DNA from: Candidatus Microgenomates bacterium
GTDB taxonomy: Bacteria; Patescibacteriota; Microgenomatia; UBA8517; JACQJR01
NCBI GenBank assembly: GCA_016204995.1
Contig: JACQJR010000001.1
Location: forward strand, 92,548-156,547
Direction: 5' to 3'
DNA: 64,000 bases
Part shown: piece after piece, positions 1 to 8,575 of the stretch
Position numbering within the stretch: position 1 is the stretch's first letter
How the letters are laid out: the number at the start of each line of letters is the position of its first letter
Position numbers and translations under genes: made by a program
The notes under the pieces: model-generated
Told to the model about the DNA's origin: nothing
Databases searched by the model: none
What the model saw: the letters and a program-made list of their open reading frames with translations, nothing else

Positions 1-179
1 CACATTAATTGTTGCTTGGCAAAAAAAAATTTATCGCCAAATAAATTTTGGGCCTGCACCACCGAAGCGTTAGTCATCATTAAAAATCCCACCACAGTCA
101 AAACCAGAGTTAAAATTACTAAAATTCTATCGGGACTAGCCACAGAAAAACTTATTCTTTTCAAATATGTTTTTGCCAT
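1..179 (-). CDS. ftsW: FtsW/RodA (SEDS) family cell-division protein, N-terminal fragment; gene continues past the window start
   Basis: Minus-strand ATG at 179-177. Translation MAKTYLKRISFSVASPDRILVILTLVLTVVGFLMMTNASVVQAQNLFGDKFFFAKQQLM... has the SEDS-type N-terminal TM helix. Sits directly downstream of murD, as in canonical dcw clusters. The + strand ORF 16..201 in the track is its antisense shadow. Confidence 0.55.
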   Translation of the reverse strand, partial: MAKTYLKRISFSVASPDRILVILTLVLTVVGFLMMTNASVVQAQNLFGDKFFFAKQQLM

Positions 180-208
180 AAGTGGGCTCATGGGCTTATA
201 GGCTATTT

Positions 209-258
209 GGCTCTTAGGTAACCCAAGAGCCTAACTGCCCAATTGCCTAACAGCCTTT
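209..258. repeat. Hairpin repeat element GGCTCTTAGG-taac-CCAAGAGCC-TAACTGCC...GCCTAACAGCC spanning the murD stop codon, in the murD-ftsW spacer
   Basis: 9-bp stem GGCTCTTAG/CCAAGAGCC. The 3' part overlaps the last seven codons of murD (AVRQLGS). Shares GGCTCTT.GG / CCAAGAGCC / TAAC.GCC with the 36591-36650 element. Confidence 0.55.
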
Positions 259-1589
259 TTAAATTGCTCTCCCCTGTCTTTATAATCTTTAAACATATCA
301 AAAGAGGCAGCCGAAGGAGACAAAAGAACTATGTCACCGCTTTCAGCTATTTGGGCCGCATTTTTAATAATTTCGGCCATATTTTTACCGCCGCCAATTA
401 ATTGCCCCTTAAAACCGGCATTTTCTAAATCTTGCTTAATTTGCCCCCCCACCTCTCCCATATAAATAATGGCTTTGACATTTTTCTTAGCTGCCAGTTT
501 TCTGGCCATTTCCGTATAGTCCAAACCTTTACTACTCCCACCCAATATCAAAATTAAAGGCTTACTAAAAGAATTAACTGCCGCCAGGGTGGGGGTCGGA
601 CTGGTCGCAAAAGAGTCGTTATAAAATTTAATCCCCTGGTACTCTCCCGCTAATTCCAAGCGATGTGGTAGACCGGCAAATGTAAATACTGCTTGTTTAA
701 TTCCCTCCACTGTAGCGCCAGCTAGTTTTGCTGCGCAAGTAGCCAAAACAATATTTTCCCAATTATGAGTACCCAGCAATAATAATTTATCTACGCTACC
801 GATTTCCACCGCCTTCTCTACATTTAAAACAATTTTGCCTTTTTTGATATATCCTCCTTTAACTTCTTCTTTAATACTGGCCCAAAAAACCTCTGCTTTA
901 GTTTTTGGGGCAAAACTGCAAGGAGTTTCATAGTCTTTCATTAAAACTACAAAATCTTTTTCTGTTTGAAATCTAACAATATTTTCTTTTGCCTGGACAT
1001 ATTCTTCTCTATTTTTATGCCAATCCAAATGGTCGGTCGTGATGTTCAAGACTACGGCAATATGAGGACTTCTTTCTATATCAATTAATTGAAAGGAGGA
1101 CATTTCCAGTACTACCAGGTCGGACCTCGTCAGATGCGATAATAATTCTAAATATGGCGTGCCAATGTTACCAGCCAGGTAAGTGTTTTTCCCAGAAGCC
1201 TTTAAACACTCATGAATTAAAGTAGCAGTCGTGCCTTTCCCTTTAGTGCCGGTGACGCCGATAATTCTAGCAGGGCATAGTTCAAAAAAAATATTAATGG
1301 CGCTAGTTAGTTTGGCCCCGCTTTTAACTGCTTCTGCAATCTCTGGTAAATCGGGCCGCACGCCTGGAGAACGGACAACGTAATCAAAACCGATTAGGCC
1401 ACCTTTTAAATAATCTGGGCCTGTCACCAGCTCAAACCCCGATTTAATCGGAGCCAGTTGCTCTTTTTCTTTTTGATCAAAAACAGTTACTAACGCTCCG
1501 TTTTGGAGAAGAAACTGCAGCGAATCCTGACCTTCAACCCCCAAACCAATTACTGCTACTTTTTTACCCTGGAATTTCATACTATACAA
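231..1589 (-). CDS. murD: UDP-N-acetylmuramoylalanine--D-glutamate ligase
   Basis: Rossmann-like N-terminus KKVAVIGLGVEGQ, Mur ligase P-loop GVTGTKGKGTT, C-terminal domain LGGSSKG...; dcw context. Confidence 0.9.
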   Translation of the reverse strand: MYSMKFQGKKVAVIGLGVEGQDSLQFLLQNGALVTVFDQKEKEQLAPIKSGFELVTGPDYLKGGLIGFDYVVRSPGVRPDLPEIAEAVKSGAKLTSAINIFFELCPARIIGVTGTKGKGTTATLIHECLKASGKNTYLAGNIGTPYLELLSHLTRSDLVVLEMSSFQLIDIERSPHIAVVLNITTDHLDWHKNREEYVQAKENIVRFQTEKDFVVLMKDYETPCSFAPKTKAEVFWASIKEEVKGGYIKKGKIVLNVEKAVEIGSVDKLLLLGTHNWENIVLATCAAKLAGATVEGIKQAVFTFAGLPHRLELAGEYQGIKFYNDSFATSPTPTLAAVNSFSKPLILILGGSSKGLDYTEMARKLAAKKNVKAIIYMGEVGGQIKQDLENAGFKGQLIGGGKNMAEIIKNAAQIAESGDIVLLSPSAASFDMFKDYKDRGEQFKKAVRQLGS

Positions 1590-1626
1590 TCTTTAAACAA
1601 ATTGTACACTTTTTTGCTAAATTTTC

Positions 1627-3228
1627 CTACGGAGCCACTTCTTGCCAGAGGCGGGAATGGCGGGAGAGGTCGCGGGGGAAAGTGAAGATTAAATCAGGAG
1701 CATATTCAATATACTCGGCCGGTTTAGTGTCATTTTTACCGTTTTGTCTGGTAGGATCCAAATCCCGTTGAAAATTAATGCCTGCCCAAGCAATTAAACT
1801 ACCCCTAACATATAATTGATCATCGCCGCTAGGGTTATGGCCGGTAGAAATAGTACCATTGGTAATAAATAATCCTTCCAGGGCTGGTTGGTTGGGATGA
1901 GAAACAGAGGGATCAATATTAATATTGCCGCTGACAATAGCCATAAAGAAACCCGTACCCTTATTAAGATTTATTTTACCGCCAATAGTTAAATTGCCAT
2001 TCACCAAAAGTATCACTTTTCTATCATTTAAATTTACCGTGGAGTTAATATTTAAATCACCATTACGATAATGCCAAACATAGCCACCCGATTCATAGCC
2101 GGAAATTAAATTGCCACCACTAATCTCCCCATCATTAATAATTGAACCAGAATCCGTAAACACTGCCGGCGGAGCGAGTGGGGCAAACCAGTTATAATTA
2201 AAAAATTTACCTTTATAGAACGATTTACCAATCCAGCCTTTAGAAGAAACACTACCGCTGCCAAAGGAACTATTGCCGCTATAAACAGCTATACCGGGGA
2301 ATCCCCCAGTTCCATCCTCAATCAGCTTTTTACCGGAAGGGAGAGCCGAGCTTATATCCCCATTGCTCCAAAAATCGGCATCCTTCCCCTGCCACCAGGG
2401 AGCCGGTTTAGAGCCTCCCCCGCCACCACAGCTATTACAATTAGTACTGCAACTACTTTCCGTGGTTTGATATGACTCACAAACATTATTAGTGCAACGA
2501 TAGCAAGTAATCGTGGGTCGACCCGCACAATTATCACAGTCAGTATTGCAAGGGTTGTCACTACTATAAGAAGTACAGGTATTATTCTGGCATTCATAAC
2601 AAGTATAATTATCTTGTCCACAGGAATTATCTTGCTGATTACAATCTCCTACATCATAACCGCAAACTCCGCTACCGTCTGACCAGGTATATTCCTTAAC
2701 ATGCTGACTTTTTTTATTACCGCAACATTGATTATATTCCCGATTATAATCACAGGTAGGACCAGGGGGAGGAGGACACCAACCACCACAACCGCCATCT
2801 TCTTGAGTACTATGAACATGGAAACTGCAATCGGTATGCCGATGAACTGTCTGACTCTGATTACACCCAATACATTCGTTATAAGTAGCCTCTTCGCAAG
2901 AAGGAGGAGGAGCGGGACTACAACCACACTCTTCGGCACAAGAAGAATGACCAGCCGCTGGATCGTTAGATTCACCGTTACAAAAATAAACAGGGTCACC
3001 AATCTCATCATAGTAAACACTACAAGTACCACTCCAAGCAATATTACACAATGCACCAGATGGATAAGAACAGCAATAATTATCCCCTGTATAACTACAA
3101 GGAATACCTATATCCTCTGGTCCGCAAGCGAAAATTCTTTGAGAGTTAGCACCGAAAATAACAAATAATAAAACAAAAATCCCTAGGAGGATACTGAAAT
3201 GGGAGAACAGGAGAAGGCTTCTCAACAT
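1627..3228 (-). CDS. Secreted/membrane-anchored cysteine-rich protein with a C-terminal beta-helix-like repeat domain (hypothetical)
   Basis: N-terminal hydrophobic signal/anchor (LLLFSHFSILLGIFVLLFVIF). About 45 Cys in ~230 aa (CxxC, CGC, CNxxC motifs). Gly-rich linker. C-terminal ~250 aa with G/N/I-rich repeats (GNLTIGGKINLNKGTGFF, SGNINIDPSVS) typical of parallel beta-helix. Track ORFs 2352..2621, 2649..3056 and 2701..3168 are shadow ORFs of this low-complexity gene. Confidence 0.6.
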   Translation of the reverse strand: MLRSLLLFSHFSILLGIFVLLFVIFGANSQRIFACGPEDIGIPCSYTGDNYCCSYPSGALCNIAWSGTCSVYYDEIGDPVYFCNGESNDPAAGHSSCAEECGCSPAPPPSCEEATYNECIGCNQSQTVHRHTDCSFHVHSTQEDGGCGGWCPPPPGPTCDYNREYNQCCGNKKSQHVKEYTWSDGSGVCGYDVGDCNQQDNSCGQDNYTCYECQNNTCTSYSSDNPCNTDCDNCAGRPTITCYRCTNNVCESYQTTESSCSTNCNSCGGGGGSKPAPWWQGKDADFWSNGDISSALPSGKKLIEDGTGGFPGIAVYSGNSSFGSGSVSSKGWIGKSFYKGKFFNYNWFAPLAPPAVFTDSGSIINDGEISGGNLISGYESGGYVWHYRNGDLNINSTVNLNDRKVILLVNGNLTIGGKINLNKGTGFFMAIVSGNINIDPSVSHPNQPALEGLFITNGTISTGHNPSGDDQLYVRGSLIAWAGINFQRDLDPTRQNGKNDTKPAEYIEYAPDLIFTFPRDLSRHSRLWQEVAP

Positions 3229-3231
3229 GGT

Positions 3232-3786
3232 TTATTTCTGTAAACGTTTATCGTAAATAAATTGATCACCTAATATTCTGTTTTTATTATCTGCAATAGG
3301 CTTAATAAATAAACTTCCATATAACTGAACGCCTAGTGGGATAACCTCTAGTTTGACAGCCGTAGCGCCACCCTGGCCATTCTCCTCTACGATATAAAAC
3401 TTCGTAGCTATTTTATCGTCACCCCTAGAAAGTCGGTTAGGCACAGTTAAGGTGTGACCACTAGAATCTTGCAAAACAATTTTGTCATCGTCTTTGGCAA
3501 TAAGCTTACCCTTTGCACCAACTCTCCACTCATATAATAAAGGATTTTTCAAAAGCTCCAAGCTAATCGGCAATTCTGGTTCTTTAACTTGTTTTTCTTG
3601 GGTGAATGATCTATTAGAAGGTTGAGCGGGGTTATTAATATCTTTTTGAGGAAGAATATAAGGACTACTAAAAATACCTATTACCAAACCTAGAAAAAGT
3701 GTTAAAAAGGAAATAATTATCTTAAGACTATTATCAGAACCAGTTTTAATTATGTTTGATGATTGTGGAGCAGTTTGATCCATCAA
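3232..3786 (-). CDS. Hypothetical membrane-anchored protein
   Basis: 184-aa ORF with a single N-proximal TM helix (IIISFLTLFLGLVIGIFSS) and a soluble C-terminal domain. Co-oriented and tightly packed with its neighbours. Confidence 0.45.
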   Translation of the reverse strand: MMDQTAPQSSNIIKTGSDNSLKIIISFLTLFLGLVIGIFSSPYILPQKDINNPAQPSNRSFTQEKQVKEPELPISLELLKNPLLYEWRVGAKGKLIAKDDDKIVLQDSSGHTLTVPNRLSRGDDKIATKFYIVEENGQGGATAVKLEVIPLGVQLYGSLFIKPIADNKNRILGDQFIYDKRLQK

Positions 3787-3836
3787 TTCATCATTACAGA
3801 AAATTCTTGTGATGTCAACCTAAAGAATAGAAGTTT

Positions 3837-4580
3837 TTAGGGAAGAGAACATTTGCAAATTCCTTCTAAATTCTTCTGGCCTGTTTCTCTAGACACTGAA
3901 ACATTACCACCTAGTGATTTATTAAGAATATTCAGATAAGAAGATATAAGAGTATCTTTACCAACCCCATTTAATCTTAATGTAAATTGTCTAGTAACAC
4001 CCGGAACCCTTATGGGAGCAGTAGGTGGACCATAAGATCCCTCTTTTGCAGTTAGAGTACCAATGATGGAGTTATTATTAACCACTTGTCCCTCTATATG
4101 TCTGTATGTTCCGTAGTCAATTGTAAGATTGTTCTGATTATGGTCTCCTAAAATTTGAGAATTAAAAAGGCGACCCCCAGCACTGTCAGAAGGATATGGA
4201 TCAAATACAATAAAGAATAATTTGTTACTATCCGGAATGATTCCAACCAGCATATCTCCCTCATCCTTCCCCTCATTCTGCACTTTACCCACATAAACAC
4301 CATAAGGTTCAAATTTTAATTTGTCAGGAGAAACAGTTGGCTCGGGAGAAGGGGTAGAAGTTGAAGTTGATGTTGATGTGGGCTCTGGAGTATTAGTATA
4401 TATTGGTTCTGGTGTGGATGGTTCAGCCTGCACAGAAGCAGGAATAGACTTATTCAGCCTAGAAAGGGCTGCGCCCACGCCTCCGGCTACACCAGCTGCA
4501 CCTAGTGTTCCCAATACTAATTTTTTTAAAAAATTACGGCGTGATATTTCTCTTTCCATATTTTCAACTAGGTTTACCAA
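3837..4580 (-). CDS. Hypothetical exported protein with a twin-arginine-like signal and Thr/Pro-rich linker
   Basis: N-terminus SRRNFLKKLVLGTLGAAGVAGG resembles a Tat signal (RRxFLK). Followed by a TPEPTSTSTSTSTPSPEPT linker and a ~170-aa C-terminal domain of unknown function. Confidence 0.5.
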   Translation of the reverse strand: MVNLVENMEREISRRNFLKKLVLGTLGAAGVAGGVGAALSRLNKSIPASVQAEPSTPEPIYTNTPEPTSTSTSTSTPSPEPTVSPDKLKFEPYGVYVGKVQNEGKDEGDMLVGIIPDSNKLFFIVFDPYPSDSAGGRLFNSQILGDHNQNNLTIDYGTYRHIEGQVVNNNSIIGTLTAKEGSYGPPTAPIRVPGVTRQFTLRLNGVGKDTLISSYLNILNKSLGGNVSVSRETGQKNLEGICKCSLP

Positions 4581-5538
4581 ACATTACCACACAAAGCAAC
4601 ATTTGAATAGGTTCTTCGAATTGTGGTCTAAAGTAATTTTTTTCTAACGCGCAACCAGAAGCTATTTGTGTCCAATCGCCCATTATTACATCTCTATGTC
4701 CAGCACTTGATAACCATTGATTTACACGCTGAGATAATACAGTAAGCCAATCACTTTGAGTTTTTAATAAATCTAGTCTAAGTAATGTATTAAAGCCTAT
4801 TATTTCGCTAGCCCTCCCTTTGTAGCCCTCCTCCGCCGCTCTACTATTGGGTGTACCCTTATATGAATGGGGGTCTCCGGCCAAAGTGGTCCATGAAAGA
4901 GTAGGATCAGCACCAGGGTGATCAAGCCATTTTATATCATGTAAATATAAAGCATATTTTTCAGCTGTTGATTGCAAAATTGAAGATTGCTCTAAAGGTG
5001 GAAGACCATTTTTTTGACGGGCTTGATTGATTAAATTAGACACTATTTTAGATTTACTAACATCTACTTGAAAAAAAAGCTCTTGACTAACATCTATTTC
5101 TGGTTTAGCGGTAAGTACAACTTTAGGCACGACAATTTCGGGAACTGCAGTAGCGGTGGGAGGGACTGCTGTGCGGGTAGGAATGGCAGGGGTTCTTGTA
5201 GGGGGCACTGCTGTTTCGGTAGGCACTTCCGTAGGTACCTCGGTAGGAGTGGCCGTGGCAGTAGCGGTCGCAGTGGCAATTTCTGTGGCTGTCGCAATAG
5301 GAACAATAGTTGGTGTATCTATGGGAAGAGGAGGAGCAGGCTCGGTAATTGGAATATTACCCATCGGGGGAGCTTCAGTGGGTGTCCAGGCATTGGCCTG
5401 AACTCGCAAGACTACACCAGTCAAAGCAGCAGCCGCAGCCGCAGCCAAAGTGGTGGCAGCGGCCAAAATTGGAATTTTGTGCTTTCTAACAGCTTGAGGA
5501 ATGGGTTGATTTTCGGCTGTAGCCATACTCTCCTCCAT
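4564..5538 (-). CDS. Membrane-anchored CAP/SCP (PR-1-like, YkwD-type) domain protein with a T/A/P-rich repeat linker
   Basis: TM helix ILAAATTLAAAAAAALTGVVL. Repeat linker (ATATEIATATATATATPTEVPTEVPTE). The C-terminal domain carries the CAP-domain hallmark HRDVIMGDWTQIASGCA (cf. HYTQVVW..GCA) and an upstream NQARQKNGLPPL motif. Track ORFs 5068..5544, 5094..5306 and 5156..5401 are shadows of the repeat region. Confidence 0.6.
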   Translation of the reverse strand: MEESMATAENQPIPQAVRKHKIPILAAATTLAAAAAAALTGVVLRVQANAWTPTEAPPMGNIPITEPAPPLPIDTPTIVPIATATEIATATATATATPTEVPTEVPTETAVPPTRTPAIPTRTAVPPTATAVPEIVVPKVVLTAKPEIDVSQELFFQVDVSKSKIVSNLINQARQKNGLPPLEQSSILQSTAEKYALYLHDIKWLDHPGADPTLSWTTLAGDPHSYKGTPNSRAAEEGYKGRASEIIGFNTLLRLDLLKTQSDWLTVLSQRVNQWLSSAGHRDVIMGDWTQIASGCALEKNYFRPQFEEPIQMLLCVVMFGKPS

Positions 5539-5540
5539 AT

Positions 5541-5837
5541 TTAATTATACCATATTTCTGCACTTTTGGCTTTAAATATGCTGGCCTTGGGATGGATTTC
5601 TTCTAAAGCAGCAATTCTTTCTTCCTTATCAGAAACTTGACCTAAACCAACTTCATATTCTATCTTCCTTGTTTCCAAATCTCCTATTAACTCATCCATT
5701 TTGTCATAAAATTCCTTCTTAGTAGGTAGATGATTAATCTTTTCGTTGATATCATCAAGCTCCTGTTTAACCTCAACCTTTACGGTTTCCTGCACAATTT
5801 CTTGAATTTTGATTAAGTCATTTTGAGTTAGTGCCAT
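5541..5837 (-). CDS. Small charged coiled-coil protein (hypothetical)
   Basis: 98-aa ORF, K/E-rich with heptad-like periodicity, no TM. Abuts the CAP-domain gene with a 2-bp gap. Confidence 0.35.
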   Translation of the reverse strand: MALTQNDLIKIQEIVQETVKVEVKQELDDINEKINHLPTKKEFYDKMDELIGDLETRKIEYEVGLGQVSDKEERIAALEEIHPKASIFKAKSAEIWYN

Positions 5838-5897
5838 ACTTCTATTAAAGCTAGTGAAACATCTTCTGTCAATCTTTAAAGATACTTCAGCCTTACA

Positions 5898-5935
5898 CCT
5901 CGTAGGTTTCGTGCGTACGACCTACGAGGTCAAAC
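5898..5935. other. Strong hairpin (10-bp stem CCTCGTAGGT...ACCTACGAGG) in the 290-bp gap downstream of mraY
   Basis: Perfect inverted repeat read directly from the sequence. No U-tract on either strand, so it is not a canonical intrinsic terminator. Confidence 0.3.
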
Positions 5936-6130
5936 AAAATATTAAAAGTTATCTAGACAAAACATCCGACGATCGTCGTGTATTTTGTCAATTTAATCTC
6001 TCTATTCCGGAATGGGGGAGCATGAGCCCCTCAATTTTTCTCCACAGCTCTTGTGTAACCTCGTCAACACTACCAGAATTATCAATTTTTATATCGGCGT
6101 TTTTTATTACTTCCACTATTCCAGCTTCTC

Positions 6131-7171
6131 TCATATTAGCGCTAGCCATAAACCGAAAATAGCCAGGAGTGCCCCCGCCAGCCAGGCCCGCATGACAATT
6201 TTGGGCTCTTCCCATTTAATAGCCTGCAGCAGCAGGTGAAATGGGGCAATGGGTAATACGGGATGGCCTAAAAATTTACGAGCCCCAATTTGAATAAAAC
6301 TGGAAAAAGCTTCAGCGATAAAAATTCCGCTAATTACAGCCACGGCAAAAATTTTCCCGGTCAAAAGACCAATAACAGCTAGGGTCGCTCCAAAAGCCAG
6401 TGCCCCAGTGTCCCCCATAAAAATCCGGGCCGGCCAAATATTAAAGTATAGAAAGGCAAATAAAGCACCAATCCAGAGGGCAATAAATATAGACAGGGGG
6501 GTATCAAAAACAGTTCCGGCAATAATCCATAAAGCAAATAAACAAATAAGCAAAAGTCCACCGGCCAAACCATCTAAACCATCGGTGATATTAACAGCAT
6601 TGGTAAATGCCACCATCACAAAGGCGGCAAAAGGTACATACCACCAGCCTAAATGGAATAGATTTTCCATAATCGGAATATGCACAATATCAATCTTTAA
6701 ATTGTTCCACATTAAAAATCCTATCGCGAGAGCAATGATCCATTGAGCAGCAAATTTCCATCTGCGGCCAATACCAAATATATTGCCCATTTGACCAGCC
6801 TTTGGTTTGCCAAAAAACTTCATTAAATCATCATAAAATCCCAGCAGTCCAAAACCGATAAAAGTCAAGAAAATAATTCTGACTTCGTCTACTAAAGGAT
6901 AAGCCGAAGAGATGGGTATGCCGAGCAAGGAAAAAGCGGGAAATAGTACTACAAATAATAATGACACTACGCTAATGATCAAGAGGCCTCCTCCCACTGG
7001 TGTACCCGCTTTCCAGTCATGCATTTTGTCAAAAAAGGGAATTTTCTTTTTATTTTTAGGGGCTTCGTGCCTGCGGGTAAACTTTAGCCGATAAAGCAAA
7101 TTAATAAAGGGAATGATTAAAATACTGGTGATGATGAAGGAAAATATTAATAGTCCTAAAGATAGTGCCAT
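6131..7171 (-). CDS. mraY: Phospho-N-acetylmuramoyl-pentapeptide transferase
   Basis: Ten-TM polyprenyl-phosphate transferase. Carries NAVNITDGLDGLAGG (MraY/WecA DGxDGL motif) and a DDLMKFFG aspartate motif. dcw context. Confidence 0.9.
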   Translation of the reverse strand: MALSLGLLIFSFIITSILIIPFINLLYRLKFTRRHEAPKNKKKIPFFDKMHDWKAGTPVGGGLLIISVVSLLFVVLFPAFSLLGIPISSAYPLVDEVRIIFLTFIGFGLLGFYDDLMKFFGKPKAGQMGNIFGIGRRWKFAAQWIIALAIGFLMWNNLKIDIVHIPIMENLFHLGWWYVPFAAFVMVAFTNAVNITDGLDGLAGGLLLICLFALWIIAGTVFDTPLSIFIALWIGALFAFLYFNIWPARIFMGDTGALAFGATLAVIGLLTGKIFAVAVISGIFIAEAFSSFIQIGARKFLGHPVLPIAPFHLLLQAIKWEEPKIVMRAWLAGALLAIFGLWLALI

Positions 7172-7180
7172 ATAATAAAA

Positions 7181-7290
7181 TTAACCTAATTGCTCTAATT
7201 GACCTAATTTCTAAATAATGACCAAGATTAGAAATTTTTCCTGATTTGGGATTTATTTAGGTAAATTAGGAATTAGAATAATTAGAAATT
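7181..7290. repeat. AT-rich intergenic inverted-repeat element built from TTCTAATT/AATTAGAA units (copy 1, murA-mraY spacer)
   Basis: ttaacctaattgctctaattgacctaatttctaa...attagaaatt...aattagaataattagaaatt. The left and right arms are reverse complements. The same unit recurs at 12684-12766, 18388-18500 and 30988-31078. Confidence 0.6.
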
Positions 7291-7295
7291 TTCGT

Positions 7296-8555
7296 TTATT
7301 CTACTCTTGTTATTTCTGCGCCTAATTTGGCAAGTCTTCCATCTAAATCCTCGTAACCCCGATCAATAATTTCAGCATGTTCAATAGTGGACTCACCATC
7401 AGCACCAAGAGCTGCTAACACTAGAGCCGAACCTGCTCTAATATCATTAGAGGGAATATTATCCGCCCGTAGTTTAGTCGGCCCATTCACCACGATCCGA
7501 TGTGGATCGGCAATGGTGATGTCCGCCCCCATTTTGATTAAATGATCCACGAAAAATATCCGCCACTCATACATCCAATCGTGACAGATCACAGTTCCTT
7601 TAGACTGCGTTGCCAAAACAATGAAGGGGCTCATTAAATCAGTGGGAAAACCAGGCCATGGCCTGGTTTGGAAAGTTTTGCGGTTTGCCGCTAGCTCTCC
7701 CGGCATAATTTCCAGTTGATTTTCACTCGTCTTATATTGCACTCCTAAATGTCCTAAATAAGCCAAGATCATTTTTAGATTTTTAGTAGTAACTTCATTA
7801 ATCGTGATATGGCCGCCAGTTAAGGCCGCCGCGATAGCAAAGGTGCCTACGTCAATATGGTCATCAATTACTCGATGAGTAGTGCCAATAAGTTCCTTTT
7901 TGCCGGTAATATTTAAAATATTAGTGCCTCCGCCGATAATATCAGCTCCAGTTTTACTTAAAAACTGCGCTAAATCCTGAATATGAGGCTCTGCCGCCGC
8001 ATCTTCAATCACTGTATTACCTTCAATATTAGCCCCTAAAATCAATCCCATGGCGGTAGCCGTCACCGAAGCTTCTTCTAAAAAGATCTCGGCCGGTTTT
8101 AAATTAGCCCCATCTAACTCAAAAACCCCATTACGCTCATCAATAGTTACCCCGAATTCATGAAGCAAACTAAAATGTGTATCCAGCAGACGTTCGCCGA
8201 TAGAATCTCCGCCCGGAGGAGTAATGGTGGCTTTTTTAAAGCGGGCTAGGAGCGGAGCCGCCAAAAGTACTGAAGCCCGGAATTTGCTCATTAGGGTTGG
8301 ATCTGTCTCCCATTTAGAAAGGCCGGAAGGATCAATTTTTAAAATGTTCGTACCTACACCCTCCACTTTTACTCCCAAACCTTCCAAAATTTGGGCCATA
8401 AACATCACATCCCGAATAATAGGCACATTGGTAAGGGTAACCGGGGAATTAGTCACCAGTGAGGCTGCCATCAGAGGAAGAGCGGCATTCTTGTTGCCGG
8501 CGGCGCTAATTTCACCTGTCAGGGCCTTACCGCCCTTAACCTTAAATTGAGCCAT
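7296..8555 (-). CDS. murA: UDP-N-acetylglucosamine 1-carboxyvinyltransferase
   Basis: N-terminus MAQFKVKGGKALTGEISAAGNKNAALPLMAASL matches the EPSP-synthase-fold MurA signature; length 419 aa. Confidence 0.9.
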   Translation of the reverse strand: MAQFKVKGGKALTGEISAAGNKNAALPLMAASLVTNSPVTLTNVPIIRDVMFMAQILEGLGVKVEGVGTNILKIDPSGLSKWETDPTLMSKFRASVLLAAPLLARFKKATITPPGGDSIGERLLDTHFSLLHEFGVTIDERNGVFELDGANLKPAEIFLEEASVTATAMGLILGANIEGNTVIEDAAAEPHIQDLAQFLSKTGADIIGGGTNILNITGKKELIGTTHRVIDDHIDVGTFAIAAALTGGHITINEVTTKNLKMILAYLGHLGVQYKTSENQLEIMPGELAANRKTFQTRPWPGFPTDLMSPFIVLATQSKGTVICHDWMYEWRIFFVDHLIKMGADITIADPHRIVVNGPTKLRADNIPSNDIRAGSALVLAALGADGESTIEHAEIIDRGYEDLDGRLAKLGAEITRVE

Positions 8556-8575
8556 ACCTTTTTATTGTAGCATGA

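Noticed and set aside
16-201. Plus-strand 61-aa ORF at the window start
   Set aside because: It is antisense to a convincing FtsW N-terminus on the minus strand (ATG at 179), which fits the dcw context.
2352-3168. Track ORFs 2352..2621(-), 2649..3056(-) and 2701..3168(+) inside the Cys-rich gene
   Set aside because: They are alternative-frame or antisense shadows of a low-complexity, codon-biased gene. Their translations are hydrophobic or Arg/Thr-rich junk with no motifs.
5068-5544. Track ORFs 5068..5544(+), 5094..5306(-) and 5156..5401(+)
   Set aside because: They overlap the GC-richer T/A/P repeat linker of the CAP-domain gene. They are repeat-induced open frames, not genes.
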